From: a virus
Strand: one strand, 5' to 3'
IMG/VR virus record: IMGVR_UViG_3300036791_000458
Coordinates: 1 to 64,000 of that record
Length of the DNA: 64,000 nucleotides
The translations under genes were made by a program, and so were the position numbers. This document shows positions 19,470 through 31,239 of this stretch, in pieces. A model generated the notes under the pieces. That model did no database searches. It saw only the letters and a program-made list of their open reading frames with translations, and was not told where the DNA came from. The stretch's first letter is position 1; each line of letters starts with the position of its first letter.

Positions 19470-22447
19470 GAAATCAACTCAAATCCAAATTGCTCAGAGC
19501 GTTGTTTCAGTAGTTCCCTGTCTCGTTTAACCGACTCTTCGTTCCACGCGACCTTGTACACTTCATCCATTTGCCCGTCACCGTTGTGAAGAGGATGATC
19601 ATGATGTAGAATCGCGTCTTTGCACCAGAAGTATTTTCCTAGTTTCTTTGCGCGCCCAGTCAGTTCGTTGTCACAACCGACATGGTTGTAACCCGTGTGG
19701 AAAAACTCCCCGCCTATCAACGGAAGTAGCTTTTTACCAGCCAGCCAGTGAGTCGCGAGTTTGTCACCCCAGACACCGTCATTCAAACCTATCAGACCAT
19801 CAAGATTCGGGAAGTTCTCGAGCATTGAATCAACCGCGTGACGAAGGAAATCTTTTTGGGGAATTACATCGTCGCCCAAGAACAATATCAGTTCCCCATT
19901 AGCTTGCTCTACACCCTGCGCAACCATCACCGGACAACCCTTACGATCTTCAAGAGAATCCTGCATAGAGATTACTTCGTAGTTAGAATAGCCAACAGTT
20001 TCCGGTAACATGGTCAGCAGTCTAAGCCATTTCTCTTTTCTTTGTGGTTGGACGGTTGGAATTACGATTGAAACTTTTGGTTCTTGTGTATGCAGTTTAA
20101 CTCGAACCGGAACCTTTGGCGCTATACTCAACCCGTATAGTTTGTGTAGCACATCCTTGTCTGCTTGGTTTGTTCTACTTTGATACATGAAAATTGGATC
20201 AAAGCTACTACCTGCGTCGATGTAGGTTCCGGATGGATCGCCCTTCGCGAGTTCTGCAATCCATACCTTTGCCGCGAGTCCCGCACAGAAAATGAAAATC
20301 TTTCCTTCACACGAGTGTTTAAGCACTTCTGGCAGGATTCTTCTATGATCTTCGAACGCTTCAGTCGGACTTATACCTACATAATTTTTGATCTGTAGCA
20401 AGTCCATGACACCGGAGCGTAAATCACTGGGGCCGACAAACACTTTCTTGTCTGGCGGGTAGTCCTTTACCGCCATCCAAAACTCTTTGACCTTCTCAAG
20501 ATTGGAGTCAGTCCGATGAAGAAGCGTGTTGTATTCTTTTTGATTGTCAAAGTCTACAACATAGGCACGACCTTGAAGATAACGATATGCCTCCCGTAGC
20601 TTTTCTGCGAGTTCCACTGAGTAGGACTGGCCATCACAGTTTTTTCCCACGTCACCCCTCATGCACGCCATCTCACCATCACCACGCTTGACAAACGTAA
20701 AGGGAATTCTATTCCGAATCCTGCGAGTCAAGTCTTCGATAGTTACCGGAATCGGATTGAGCTTTTTGATCCAGATGGAATCAACAACTTCCACCTCACC
20801 AAGTTCATCCTTAACCGCATTCATTACTTCCGGCCACGTTGTAGTGTAGTCATGACCACAAAGAAGTTTCTTCGCCTTCGGTTTCCACAACTGGATATCG
20901 CGACGAACGGCGTCATAAGAGTGCTCCGCGTCAATGAATACCATGTCGAATGCACCATCAGGATAGTCGCCTGCTGCGAATTCCATGTTTCTCACATTGA
21001 CTTTCAGGTTCCGAAACGGTGCCATGTTCTTAAGGAAGTTACCGTACACATCGATATGTTTTGCTGCTTCCTTCGTCAAGTCCCGTACATCAGCAGAACC
21101 CTGAAAGTGATCGATTGCAGTCACTAGACCGTGAGGACACCCGGAACACAAAGCGTGGGTAGACTTTCCCTGCCAACTTCCCAGTTCTACAATTGACTGC
21201 ATGGTAGATGCCGTCTTGTATAGCCATAAAAGCTCAGGGTAGGTCATCCAACCTTCGATTGAAGGATCAGCGTAGGGAAAATAAAATTGTGTGTCACGAT
21301 GAAAATCCGGATTGAATGGTTCGAATTCAAGGGCTTTCATTAGATGCTCCTGCGCCTTGTCTATCTTACCCATCCAACCGTTTGCCCAGTAAAGTAAAGC
21401 GTGGGGTTCTGAGGTATAGTGACGGTGATCATTTGCGTAATATCCGTTCCAAGGTATCTCCAAAGATGCGGCAGCATAGCAGGCAGTAGCTTGATAGTTT
21501 TGGTTGTGTTTGTAGAAGTTGGCAAGTCGTAGTAAGGATTCTCTACGATTGCAATCGACATAGAACGCCTTGTTATAGACCTCAACCTGTTTTTCCGGTT
21601 GGTTAAGAATTCCATAAGCATCTCCCATAAAAATTAGACTCTGAGCACGTTCTGCGTCCCAACGGTTCATGGCTACATGACGAGTAAACTCGTGAATAGC
21701 GGACTTCGGATGACCTGTCCACAATAGCTCACGGCCTAAATAATGACTTTGGCGATCCTCATCCGGATTCATGAAGGCATCATAGGCGAGTCCCACAAGA
21801 TACCGTGAGCGATGATTACGGTTAGGTTCCTGCCAGTGTTCTAGGTAGAGAACGGTTTCCGGTAGCATAGACCGTGTCGCATACAGTGAAGCCTCACGAG
21901 GGGACAGAACCTCATGAACTACATTTCTCCACTGCAACAATCTCCGGTCATAGAACTTGCTTTGAATGAACTTCAATGCGGGATTACCGTACTGATCATG
22001 ACTGAAGCAGAAGTTATACTCGAACTGTCCGACACCATTTTGAATCAGACTATTAATGGCATCGATATCTAATGTAGTAAACTGCTCATCACAATCCGCG
22101 AAAGACACATGATCGGATGTCGCGCATGACGCGGCATAGTTACGTGACGCGGAAAAGTTGAATAGCTTATCCCCCGGATTCACTATCGGGGACTCACCGC
22201 CCACCACAAACTTATGGTTTATTTTTTGCGCGAGACTGGTGTTGATGGTAGTAACGAATTTTTCACCTGCCTCAAACACAACACAACCGAGTGAACGCGC
22301 AACATCTGTAGTTCCATCGGTTGACCCGGTATCAACAAGGACAATCTCACCCTGCCTAGACTGGAAATCCCTGAGTGAAGAAACCAGTCTAGGCAGAGTA
22401 TTCGCTTCGTTCTTCGCGATCAGCACTATACTAAAAAGGGGCTTCAA
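19466..22447 (-). CDS. Multidomain glycosylation enzyme: GT2 - TPR - methyltransferase - GT-D-like - GT2
   Basis: 'IAKNEA', 'VDTGSTDGT', 'FSASRN', 'DCDE', 'VHE'; TPR-like helices; 'ELGSWQGKST', 'FIDAEHSY', 'GHDY'; 'KRGDGE', 'AGLAAKV', 'IDAGS.FD'; final 'SIVIPT', 'LGDD', 'DNEL', 'HHDHP'. Confidence 0.85.
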   Translation of the reverse strand: MKPLFSIVLIAKNEANTLPRLVSSLRDFQSRQGEIVLVDTGSTDGTTDVARSLGCVVFEAGEKFVTTINTSLAQKINHKFVVGGESPIVNPGDKLFNFSASRNYAASCATSDHVSFADCDEQFTTLDIDAINSLIQNGVGQFEYNFCFSHDQYGNPALKFIQSKFYDRRLLQWRNVVHEVLSPREASLYATRSMLPETVLYLEHWQEPNRNHRSRYLVGLAYDAFMNPDEDRQSHYLGRELLWTGHPKSAIHEFTRHVAMNRWDAERAQSLIFMGDAYGILNQPEKQVEVYNKAFYVDCNRRESLLRLANFYKHNQNYQATACYAAASLEIPWNGYYANDHRHYTSEPHALLYWANGWMGKIDKAQEHLMKALEFEPFNPDFHRDTQFYFPYADPSIEGWMTYPELLWLYKTASTMQSIVELGSWQGKSTHALCSGCPHGLVTAIDHFQGSADVRDLTKEAAKHIDVYGNFLKNMAPFRNLKVNVRNMEFAAGDYPDGAFDMVFIDAEHSYDAVRRDIQLWKPKAKKLLCGHDYTTTWPEVMNAVKDELGEVEVVDSIWIKKLNPIPVTIEDLTRRIRNRIPFTFVKRGDGEMACMRGDVGKNCDGQSYSVELAEKLREAYRYLQGRAYVVDFDNQKEYNTLLHRTDSNLEKVKEFWMAVKDYPPDKKVFVGPSDLRSGVMDLLQIKNYVGISPTEAFEDHRRILPEVLKHSCEGKIFIFCAGLAAKVWIAELAKGDPSGTYIDAGSSFDPIFMYQSRTNQADKDVLHKLYGLSIAPKVPVRVKLHTQEPKVSIVIPTVQPQRKEKWLRLLTMLPETVGYSNYEVISMQDSLEDRKGCPVMVAQGVEQANGELILFLGDDVIPQKDFLRHAVDSMLENFPNLDGLIGLNDGVWGDKLATHWLAGKKLLPLIGGEFFHTGYNHVGCDNELTGRAKKLGKYFWCKDAILHHDHPLHNGDGQMDEVYKVAWNEESVKRDRELLKQRSEQFGFELIS

Positions 22448-22458
22448 TTGAACCTCAC

Positions 22459-24375
22459 TTAGTTGCCAAACTTTATCATCTCTCCACCATTCACGGTGAA
22501 TGAGTTATTACCAGAGGCAGTAGCGAAGGTGCCTATGAGCGTAATTGTTTGTGAAGCAGAAAAATCAACTGCCTTGGTAACAACCTGATTGACATCGATT
22601 TTTGGCGTACTGGTTGCTTGACCAAGTTTCAGATTGCCAGAGACCGAACAAACGCCTTTAGTCCCGGTTGTACGCCGAATGATAGTAAACTCAACTTCAA
22701 ACGGATAGTCAGTCGATTGAGATGGCACAGTCTGACTCGCGAAGCTGAGTAACGTCACGACATTCTTCACTGCTAGTCTAATCTGAAACGATGTTGAAAC
22801 CCCGATACGAACCGTTCCAAACGCATGAATCTTCAAACCCCTGCCAATCGCGTCTAAGTATCCCGCAGACATAGCTGGCCCAGTATACAAGTACTGATCT
22901 TTAGTGGTTGACGCGGAAGCAGTCGTGGTATCAACTTTCACATCCAAGACTGCCTTGCTAGAATCGGGCGGTTCGGGAGTTGGTTCTGGGGGTTCGGGAG
23001 TTGGGTCGGGGGGCTGAGAACCACCGCTGAGAGTAACATTCTCAAACGTTTCTGGTGCCATCTTATTCTCCAAACTAGGCATGCCCTGAACTTCAACATA
23101 CAACGTATAGCTACCAGCTACTGGTGCCGAGACTTTACTCAAATCAAACTGCTTCGTATCTCCGGGCATGACTGTAGCGAGAAGGTAAGCGGTTTCACCG
23201 TCAGTAGTTCCCCACAAGTTATACTGGCGAACTGTGTTTTCATTTCCGGTGACTGTAAAACTCAATAGGTTACCAGACAAACTTGCCTTTATTCCAAGTT
23301 TTGTTCTGACACCACCTTGGACGGCGGAACCTTCTTCAAAGTCATCAAGTATGATGGTAGCAAGAAAATCAATCCGCCCACCACCCTTGACATAGTCTGC
23401 ATTCGCCTTCCAAGTATCCAGCCACGTCTGTCCGCCATTTTGACTGATATACTTTCCTAGCGACCACCCGGTGCTACCTGTTAGTGTTCCGTTGAATCCC
23501 GGCCAACAAGACGTGACGTGAATTAGATCGGGATGAGAATTGCACGCGGGAAAGAAACTCTTCGTCAAGTAGTCAATACCGGATGGACTCGCGGAGCTAT
23601 CCGCGTTTGAATCTAGCCATGAAAGACTACCGTCGCTCCTCGCTATGTTGAATCCATTTGCCTGATATTGAATCAAGAGAGGATTGGAGTGTGATTTAAC
23701 CGCGTCACTCACTTTCGTCCAATTTACATTATTACCCGCAACTGAAGCTACGTTCCAAAGTAAGAGCATAGGGCGGGAGTCACCTTTAAACGTGCAGTGC
23801 TCATACTTCGGACTCGAAGCATAACGATCCATCACATGGTTTATCGCGTTGATGATATCAGATTGCATCGTAGAAGGTGTACTACCTTGGTTGCCGAAGT
23901 ACTGCTGATCAATCATGATCATGAAATTCAAACCCAGATTCTCACACTCAGTCACCCATAGATCAACTGTTGCATCGTTTGTGCACGTAGTCTTTGTCGG
24001 GTGATACCAATCTGGAATGAGAATGTCATAACCACGGTCAATCATATCTTGCACGATGGTTTTGATTGTAGCCGGGTCGGTGTCATTCACCCCAATATCA
24101 GGATGATTCGAACGTCCCCACCACAACATCGAATGCATCGCAATACGACCTGTCCAGTTTGCAGGCATCAGATTCCTGACAGACTCTTTACTGATAGTCA
24201 TCGGAGCGGCTGCGTTCTCAGAGTCATCAAACCAGTTTGAATCAACTGATAACCAATTCCCATCGTGGTTGGTTTTGCCAGTGAATAGGTCTGGATAGTT
24301 CGCCTTGTTGTAGTCAGGAGAAGATGTCACGTTGTGTGCTGTAAAGGACTCTACGGTTCTAGTTTTAAACGCCAT
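22459..24375 (-). CDS. Glycoside hydrolase-like (GH71/99-like barrel) protein with Pro-rich linker and fibre-type C-terminal domain
   Basis: Close paralog of 31240-32628 ('HSMLWWGR', 'IPDWY', 'WPGFN', 'DDFEEGS'); C-terminal domain shared with 28457-31234. Confidence 0.55.
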   Translation of the reverse strand: MAFKTRTVESFTAHNVTSSPDYNKANYPDLFTGKTNHDGNWLSVDSNWFDDSENAAAPMTISKESVRNLMPANWTGRIAMHSMLWWGRSNHPDIGVNDTDPATIKTIVQDMIDRGYDILIPDWYHPTKTTCTNDATVDLWVTECENLGLNFMIMIDQQYFGNQGSTPSTMQSDIINAINHVMDRYASSPKYEHCTFKGDSRPMLLLWNVASVAGNNVNWTKVSDAVKSHSNPLLIQYQANGFNIARSDGSLSWLDSNADSSASPSGIDYLTKSFFPACNSHPDLIHVTSCWPGFNGTLTGSTGWSLGKYISQNGGQTWLDTWKANADYVKGGGRIDFLATIILDDFEEGSAVQGGVRTKLGIKASLSGNLLSFTVTGNENTVRQYNLWGTTDGETAYLLATVMPGDTKQFDLSKVSAPVAGSYTLYVEVQGMPSLENKMAPETFENVTLSGGSQPPDPTPEPPEPTPEPPDSSKAVLDVKVDTTTASASTTKDQYLYTGPAMSAGYLDAIGRGLKIHAFGTVRIGVSTSFQIRLAVKNVVTLLSFASQTVPSQSTDYPFEVEFTIIRRTTGTKGVCSVSGNLKLGQATSTPKIDVNQVVTKAVDFSASQTITLIGTFATASGNNSFTVNGGEMIKFGN

Positions 24376-24404
24376 AATAAACCTACTTCCCGTTCGGAAT
24401 TCTC

Positions 24405-27400
24405 CTAGTTATTCACTACCTCTATGATTGCTTCACTAGCGGTAATTGTATTTGAAGCATTACCAGTTTTAATAGAAAATGATAAGATGCCATTCGCTAT
24501 TGTCGTGTCGAAGGCACTCATCGCTGGTTGAATAATCTGAATTGGGACAACGGATATACCAGTCAAAGCTGTACCGACTGCTGCGCCGCTTGTATTGAAC
24601 AATATGGCTATCGCCATTCCTGTGCCAGCAGCACCAACGCTTCTAACAGTGAACATGATTTGGATAGCCCAAGCTATGTTAGTTCCTGTTGTAGCTTGAG
24701 CGGCGAATGTAAAAGCACATATCGATGCATCTGCTGTCGTACCAGCAGTTCCCCAACGCATTGTAAACACTGGCGCGGAAGCATTACCACCAGTAGCAAC
24801 ACCCAACATATGACACTGAAAAACAGTACCTGCAACTAATCTATTTGCAGCAAGTGCAGCAGTTTTTACTGCAATTGTTTCCGTTTGACTGATTGCAGCT
24901 GTCGCAGAAAGTAGTGCAGCTCCGCCCGTACCAACACCAGCACCAGTGTAACCAGTCGCGCCTGTAGATGAGGCTGATCCTGCTACACCAGTATAACCAG
25001 TGTAACCAGTCGTACCTTGAGTTCCGGCAGGGCCAGTATATCCAGTCGGGCCAGTTACTGTACTTGGTGTTCCAGCAGACCCAGTGTAACCAGTTGGCCC
25101 GGTTACGGTAGATGAAGCTCCAGTGTATCCGGTGTAACCCGTATAACCAGTCGCACCTGCTTGAGCCATCAAAGCCCAGAACGAAGTATTGGTCGGAAGA
25201 TTTCCAGTAGACGGAGCAATACAAACGTAGCTTGAATTCTGGTAGCTAACTACATCATTGACTCCATACGTGGTGCCTGCATTGTAAGCACCTCTCCAAG
25301 TTAAAATCGGAATTGGAGTACTTGGCGCGACTACACCAGAACGAGTTGCGACAAGGTTAATACTTACATCTGCCATCGTGGCATCTTGAGTAGCAGGTGC
25401 AAGAATTGTTAATCTATCACCCGGATTAGCAGTTACCACTAAACCACTGGAAGAAAATGTTTCTACCCCTGATGTATTGAATGTGCAAGTTCCAATTTGC
25501 ACTCCATTCTTGTATATGGTGTAGACGGCAGTTGCAGTTGGATTAGTACCTACTGATGCCTGAGAAGTTGGAGTGTTGAAGTCAGCAGGAAATTGAGCAG
25601 GAGCAGCTACCGTACTAATACAAACTAGTTGACTGGCGGTAGGTTTTCCTGCAACAGCAGAAACAACATGCGTAAAATTATCAGTGCCTAATCCCGTATA
25701 ACCAGTCGGGCCGGTATAGCCAGTGAAATTCCCTGCTCCAGTGTAACCAGTTGGCCCGGTGTAACCAGTATAACCAGTGAAGTTTCCTGCTCCAGTGTAA
25801 CCTGTGTAGCCAGTCCTTCCGGTGTAACCAGTAGTACCAGTCGGGCCTATAAGTCCAGTGTAACCAGTTGGCCCGGTTACGGTAGAAGATGCTCCAGTGT
25901 AACCAGTTGGCCCAGTGACGGTAGAAGAAGCACCCGTGTAACCAGTGTATCCAGTGTATCCGGTAACGGTTGACGCAGCTCCCGCTGGCCCGGTATATCC
26001 CGTGTAACCAGTGAAGTTTCCTGCTCCAGTGTATCCAGTTGCACCTTGAGTTCCAACACTTCCGGTGTATCCGGTGTATCCAGTCGCTCCTACTACACCC
26101 TGAATTCCCTGAGCACCTGTATATCCGGTGTATCCGGTTGGGCCTTGAGTTCCAGCAGTACCTTGACTTCCGGTGTAACCTGTAAATCCAGTTGGCCCGG
26201 TTACTGTTGAAGCTGCGCCTACAGAACCCGTGTAACCAGTGTAGCCAGTAGTACCTTGAGTTCCGGCAGTTCCTTGGCTACCTGTATATCCGGTGTACCC
26301 GGTTGGGCCTTGACTTCCAACAGTACCTTGACTTCCGGTGTAACCTGTATAACCCGTGTAACCAGTAAAAGCACCCGTCCCAGTGTATCCGGTGTACCCA
26401 GTTGACCCCGTGGGGCCGGGATTCCCTGCGCTCCCCACAGAACCCTGAGCACCAGTGTATCCGGTGTATCCAGTGTAACCAGTCGAACCTTGAGTACCTT
26501 GAGTTCCGGTGTAACCAGTATAGCCAGTCGGCCCGGTAGAACCAATTCCAGCAATACCAGTGTATCCGGTGTAACCAGTTGAACCTTGAGTTCCGGGACT
26601 TCCGGTGTAACCTGTATAACCAGTTGAACCTTGAGTTCCCGGTGTTCCGGGAGTACCTTGTGCACCCGTGTATCCTGTATAACCTGTTACTCCTTGTGTG
26701 CCTTGAGTTCCGGTATATCCGGTGTAGCCAGTCGAACCAATAGTTCCAGCAGTGCCTTGACTACCAGTATACCCAGTGTAACCTGTAGCTCCCTGACTAC
26801 CTACATTCCCAGTGTATCCGGTGTATCCTGTCGAACCTTGAGCACCAGTGTAACCAGTTGGGCCTGTAGTTGCAGAACCGGAACCCGCAGGCCCGGTGTA
26901 ACCAGTAGGCCCGGTTGGGCCACCACCTGACGGCCCAGTAGGCCCAGTTGGGCCTGTAGATGACGCGGCACCCGCGCTTCCCGTATATCCGGTGTAACCA
27001 GTACTTCCAATCGCACCTTGAGTCCCGGTGTATCCGGTATATCCAGTTGCTCCGATAGTTCCAGCAGTACCTTGATTACCCTGAGCACCAGTATATCCAG
27101 TGTAACCTGTAGCTCCACTACCCGTATAACCAGTGTAACCTGTGGCTCCTTGTGTACCCGGAGTTCCGGTAGTTCCGGCAGTACCTTGACTTCCGGTGTA
27201 ACCAGTCGGCCCAGTGTAACCTGTAGTTCCCTGTACTCCTGAAGCACCCGTGTAACCAGTCGGGCCAATGGTTCCTGCTGTTCCCGTGTAACCAGTTGGC
27301 CCTATGGTTCCTATACCAGTGTAACCAGTGTAACCAGTATACCCGGTGTATCCTGTCCCACCAACCCCCGGTGTACCTTGAGCACCAGTATAACCAGTTG

Positions 27401-27794
27401 GGCCTGTGAAGTTTCCTGCGCCAGTATAACCAGTGTATCCAGTCGTACCAGTCCCAGAAGCACCTGTATATCCAGTTGGGCCGATAGAACCCGGAGCACC
27501 ACCCGATCCCGTATAACCAGTAGGCCCGGTGTAACCAGTCCTTCCGGTGTAACCAGTAGCACCCGTAGAAGATGCACTACCTGCGCCTCCAGTATACCCA
27601 GTGTATCCGGTGTATCCTGTAGCACCAGTGTATCCAGTCGCACCATTCCCACCACCACCAGTGCCGCCACCTTGATTATTTTCTGCAAAGGTATCGATCT
27701 TATCAAAGTTTTGGTTGACGGCCGAGTCCCAACCAACTTCACCGCGAAGAGGTTTATAGAGACTTAGAAACGGAGTTGTTGTACCAGATGCCAT
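24405..27794 (-). CDS. Collagen-like fibre protein (G-Y-T / G-x-T triplets) with carbohydrate-binding-like module
   Basis: Hundreds of Gly-X-Y triplets; '[22 protein letters not shown].....GN.P....FW' CBM5/12-like motif. Start ATG 27794 matches the paralog N-terminus. Confidence 0.85.
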   Translation of the reverse strand: MASGTTTPFLSLYKPLRGEVGWDSAVNQNFDKIDTFAENNQGGGTGGGGNGATGYTGATGYTGYTGYTGGAGSASSTGATGYTGRTGYTGPTGYTGSGGAPGSIGPTGYTGASGTGTTGYTGYTGAGNFTGPTGYTGAQGTPGVGGTGYTGYTGYTGYTGIGTIGPTGYTGTAGTIGPTGYTGASGVQGTTGYTGPTGYTGSQGTAGTTGTPGTQGATGYTGYTGSGATGYTGYTGAQGNQGTAGTIGATGYTGYTGTQGAIGSTGYTGYTGSAGAASSTGPTGPTGPSGGGPTGPTGYTGPAGSGSATTGPTGYTGAQGSTGYTGYTGNVGSQGATGYTGYTGSQGTAGTIGSTGYTGYTGTQGTQGVTGYTGYTGAQGTPGTPGTQGSTGYTGYTGSPGTQGSTGYTGYTGIAGIGSTGPTGYTGYTGTQGTQGSTGYTGYTGYTGAQGSVGSAGNPGPTGSTGYTGYTGTGAFTGYTGYTGYTGSQGTVGSQGPTGYTGYTGSQGTAGTQGTTGYTGYTGSVGAASTVTGPTGFTGYTGSQGTAGTQGPTGYTGYTGAQGIQGVVGATGYTGYTGSVGTQGATGYTGAGNFTGYTGYTGPAGAASTVTGYTGYTGYTGASSTVTGPTGYTGASSTVTGPTGYTGLIGPTGTTGYTGRTGYTGYTGAGNFTGYTGYTGPTGYTGAGNFTGYTGPTGYTGLGTDNFTHVVSAVAGKPTASQLVCISTVAAPAQFPADFNTPTSQASVGTNPTATAVYTIYKNGVQIGTCTFNTSGVETFSSSGLVVTANPGDRLTILAPATQDATMADVSINLVATRSGVVAPSTPIPILTWRGAYNAGTTYGVNDVVSYQNSSYVCIAPSTGNLPTNTSFWALMAQAGATGYTGYTGYTGASSTVTGPTGYTGSAGTPSTVTGPTGYTGPAGTQGTTGYTGYTGVAGSASSTGATGYTGAGVGTGGAALLSATAAISQTETIAVKTAALAANRLVAGTVFQCHMLGVATGGNASAPVFTMRWGTAGTTADASICAFTFAAQATTGTNIAWAIQIMFTVRSVGAAGTGMAIAILFNTSGAAVGTALTGISVVPIQIIQPAMSAFDTTIANGILSFSIKTGNASNTITASEAIIEVVNN

Positions 27795-27801
27795 AAACCT
27801 C

Positions 27802-28467
27802 TTAGCTTGATATGTAGAATAAAATCGGTGATGGTGTTGCGACAACAGCTTGTTTGAATGCAGCTACAAACGCCATCACTTGATAGTCTGTAGTTGTTGG
27901 TGTAAAAGTACCAGTCGCAGCAATTCCAGTAGTGCTTGCATAAGCTAACATTTCTTCCATGTAGGCAAGTCCATCAGAAGTAGTAACGACTGAACTAAAA
28001 CCGGAACCGGGCGTGAATGTTCTACCACCTTGTCTAACCTCTGATGCGAAACCCAAAACTAAATCGCCAGACTGGGCAAGAACAGCAGTAGCACTCGAAG
28101 TCCAGTTTGGTGAACCCGGATCAAAACCATTATCTAGACCTGTTGCTTTATCCAACGGAGATGCGAGAGTACCAGAGTATTCTGCCACGATTAGTTCTGC
28201 CTGATTAAATGTAAACGTTGCTACAATACTAGTCACACCAGCGGGTGACGCCGGAAGAAAGTAAACACCAGCCAGAAACGGCGTTGTTAAATTTTTTGCA
28301 ATCGTTAAGCTGGTGCCTGAATTAGTTTTAACTGTAATTGCACCCGATGTTCCAAGAACAGTTAGATAAGCAACAATCAGACTATTTGCCTGCGAAGCAG
28401 TAATTGTTACAGTCAAGCTAGTTGCACCAGACGTAACTCCTGCCTTTTGTTGAACTCTAGTTGCCAA
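27802..28467 (-). CDS. Putative virion fibre-associated beta-sandwich protein
   Basis: Thr/Ser/Ala-rich, 'AEYSG...PLD', located between the two collagen genes. Confidence 0.5.
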   Translation of the reverse strand: MATRVQQKAGVTSGATSLTVTITASQANSLIVAYLTVLGTSGAITVKTNSGTSLTIAKNLTTPFLAGVYFLPASPAGVTSIVATFTFNQAELIVAEYSGTLASPLDKATGLDNGFDPGSPNWTSSATAVLAQSGDLVLGFASEVRQGGRTFTPGSGFSSVVTTSDGLAYMEEMLAYASTTGIAATGTFTPTTTDYQVMAFVAAFKQAVVATPSPILFYISS

Positions 28468-31234
28468 ACCGTACTACCTCTCCACCATTCACGGTGTATA
28501 TATTGCTTGCTGATGCAACACTAAATGTACCTAGAAGAATTGGCGTTTGTTGAACTGTCATGTCAACCGCATTACTTACAACTTGCTCAATATCAAACTT
28601 CGGTGTATTCGCTGTACCAGTCGCAGCCTGAGCAACCATCAATTTACCGACACAACCGAAAATACCTGTCGTACCAATTGAACGACGAATGATAGTAAAT
28701 TCAACTTCCCAAGCATAACTGACTCCAGCAGTCGGAATCGTCTGAGCTGGAAACATAAGCAAGGTAGTAACACCTTGAATAGCTAACCTAATCTGGAAGG
28801 TTGTTGTAGAAGCTGCGAGATTAACTGTCCCGAAGGCGTGAATCTTCAAAAATCTTCCTGCAACGTCTAGGTATCCTGCTGGAATCACAATACTATACAA
28901 AGTTTGGTCACCAGTTGTATTTGCAGAAAGAGTTGAAGTCGTAATCTTTGCATCACGAACGTAAAGTGCTTGCGCGGAATCCAGTAGATCAGCATTTGTA
29001 TCTAAACCCGCGTAACCGCTGGGTTGATTTTTGTTAGCAGTTAATTCTGCGCCCGTTGTACCACCTGAACCCGAAGGCCCAGTATATCCGGTGTATCCAG
29101 TCGCGCCTTGACTTCCAGAACTTCCGGGAGCACCTTGGGCACCAGTGTAACCAGTAGCACCAGTTGCTGTCGCAGCTCCCGCTGATCCTGTATACCCGGT
29201 GTACCCAGTCGCGCCACCCTGTGCCATAACATTCCAGAACGATACGTTCGTCGGAACGTTACCAGTCGATGGAGCAATACAAATGTAACTACCATTTTGA
29301 TAGCTAACCGCGTCATTCACTCCATAGGTAGTACCACTAGCGTAAGCACCTCTCCAAGTTACAATTGGAATTGGACTACTCGGTGAGACAACCCCTGATC
29401 TTGTTGCAGCTAAAGTGATACTCACGTCTGATAGTGTGGTATCTTGAGTTGCGGGCGCAGTCACCGTCAATCTGTCACCCGGATTTAGCGTTACAGTTGT
29501 ACCACCCGTTGTGGTGAACGTGAAAACACCAGCAGTAGAAATTGCAATCGAACCTACTTGAGTACCATTTTTTTGAACAGTATAGGTTGCAGTAGCCGTG
29601 GGATTAGTTCCAACCGAACCTTTTGAGTTTGGAGTCGCGAAGTTCGCAGGAAACTGCATAGAAGTCGCGGCGGTATAGATCATCACCGACTGACTTGCAC
29701 TCGGTTTTCCTATGACTGCGGAAACCAAGTTACTAAAATTATCAGCCCCTAAACCAGTGAATCCGGTGTAACCTGTTGCACCAGCTATACCTTGAGGGCC
29801 AGTTGAACCCGTCGCTCCCGCTGGGCCTTGACTTCCCTGTGGGCCTTGAATACCTTGACTTCCCTGTGGGCCAGTAGAACCTTGTATACCTTGCGCGCCT
29901 TGTGGGCCTTGAATACCTTGACTTCCCTGTGGGCCAGTAGAACCTACAGAACCCGGTGCTCCCGGTGTTCCTTGAGCACCAGTGTAACCAGTATAGCCAG
30001 TGTATCCAGTCGGCCCCACAACGCCTTGTGTACCTTGAGCACCAGTGAAACCAGTGTACCCAGTGAAACCAGTTGCACCTATAGTTCCGGGAGTACCTTG
30101 AATACCAGTGTAGCCAGTGTAACCAGTGAAACCAGTGTATCCAGTCGCGCCCAAATTACCAGTTGTACCTTGAACACCCTGAGCACCAGTGTAACCAGTA
30201 GGCCCAGTTGAACCTTGAATACCAGAATTACCCGTGTATCCGGTGTAACCAGTATAGCCAGTTGAACCTATAGTTCCCGCGACTCCTGTATACCCGGTTG
30301 GCCCGGTAATTGCAGATGCGGGGCCAGTATAGCCGGTGTAACCAGTATAGCCAGTTGAACCTGTAGAAGACGCGCCACCCTGTGGCCCGGTGTATCCTGT
30401 CGCACCAGTTGCTGACGCGTTTCCTGCTGGGCCAGTTGTACCAGTATATCCGGTGTAGCCAGTCGAACCAGTCGCAGAAGCTGAACCTGCTGGCCCGGTA
30501 GTTCCGGGAGTACCTTGAATACCAGTGTAGCCAGTGTAACCAGTGAAACCAGTGTATCCAGTGAAACCCGTGTAACCAGTTACACCCGGAATACCTTGAG
30601 CACCAGTATATCCGGTGTAACCCGTGTAACCAGTTACACCCGGAATACCTTGTATTCCTTGGCTTCCGGTATACCCGGTGTAGCCAGTATATCCTGTAAC
30701 TCCCTGATTACCTTGAGCACCCTGTATTCCTTGACTTCCGGTATAACCAGTGTATCCAGTGAATCCCGTGTAACCTGTTACGCCTTGTGGCCCTTGTATT
30801 CCTTGACTTCCAGTGTAGCCAGTATATCCTGTAACTCCCTGATTACCTTGTGGCCCTTGTACTCCTTGACTACCTTGACTTCCGGTGTAACCTGTCGCGC
30901 CTTGTGGGCCTACCGGGCCTTGATTTCCCTGTACACCTTGAACACCTTGAACACCCTGATTGCCTTGAGCACCTTGTGAGCCTACCAAACCTTGTGGCCC
31001 TTGACTACCTTGTGGCCCTTGAGTGCCTTGAGCACCTACTGGGCCTTGTGGCCCTGTAGTTCCGGTAGTTCCGGCAGGGCCGGTGTACCCGGTATAACCT
31101 GTCGCACCAGTCGCACCACCCGAGTACGCTCCATCCAGAATATCCCAGTTCGCGTTAACCTGATCACCCCAGTCAAACGAATCGTTTGCAGGTTTGAAAA
31201 GGTTTAGATTAGGAGTTGTCGAACCTGTAGCCAT
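28457..31234 (-). CDS. Collagen-like fibre protein (paralog of 24405-27794)
   Basis: GYT/GPQ/GxQ triplets; same N-term ('TTPNL.L.KP') and internal domains; '[12 protein letters not shown]'. Confidence 0.85.
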   Translation of the reverse strand: MATGSTTPNLNLFKPANDSFDWGDQVNANWDILDGAYSGGATGATGYTGYTGPAGTTGTTGPQGPVGAQGTQGPQGSQGPQGLVGSQGAQGNQGVQGVQGVQGNQGPVGPQGATGYTGSQGSQGVQGPQGNQGVTGYTGYTGSQGIQGPQGVTGYTGFTGYTGYTGSQGIQGAQGNQGVTGYTGYTGYTGSQGIQGIPGVTGYTGYTGYTGAQGIPGVTGYTGFTGYTGFTGYTGYTGIQGTPGTTGPAGSASATGSTGYTGYTGTTGPAGNASATGATGYTGPQGGASSTGSTGYTGYTGYTGPASAITGPTGYTGVAGTIGSTGYTGYTGYTGNSGIQGSTGPTGYTGAQGVQGTTGNLGATGYTGFTGYTGYTGIQGTPGTIGATGFTGYTGFTGAQGTQGVVGPTGYTGYTGYTGAQGTPGAPGSVGSTGPQGSQGIQGPQGAQGIQGSTGPQGSQGIQGPQGSQGPAGATGSTGPQGIAGATGYTGFTGLGADNFSNLVSAVIGKPSASQSVMIYTAATSMQFPANFATPNSKGSVGTNPTATATYTVQKNGTQVGSIAISTAGVFTFTTTGGTTVTLNPGDRLTVTAPATQDTTLSDVSITLAATRSGVVSPSSPIPIVTWRGAYASGTTYGVNDAVSYQNGSYICIAPSTGNVPTNVSFWNVMAQGGATGYTGYTGSAGAATATGATGYTGAQGAPGSSGSQGATGYTGYTGPSGSGGTTGAELTANKNQPSGYAGLDTNADLLDSAQALYVRDAKITTSTLSANTTGDQTLYSIVIPAGYLDVAGRFLKIHAFGTVNLAASTTTFQIRLAIQGVTTLLMFPAQTIPTAGVSYAWEVEFTIIRRSIGTTGIFGCVGKLMVAQAATGTANTPKFDIEQVVSNAVDMTVQQTPILLGTFSVASASNIYTVNGGEVVRFGN

Positions 31235-31239
31235 ATCAA

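Noticed and set aside
24405-31234. Diversity-generating retroelement or DNA satellite in the fibre genes
   Set aside because: The repeats are explained by Gly-X-Y coding; no reverse transcriptase or adenine-specific TR/VR pair was seen.
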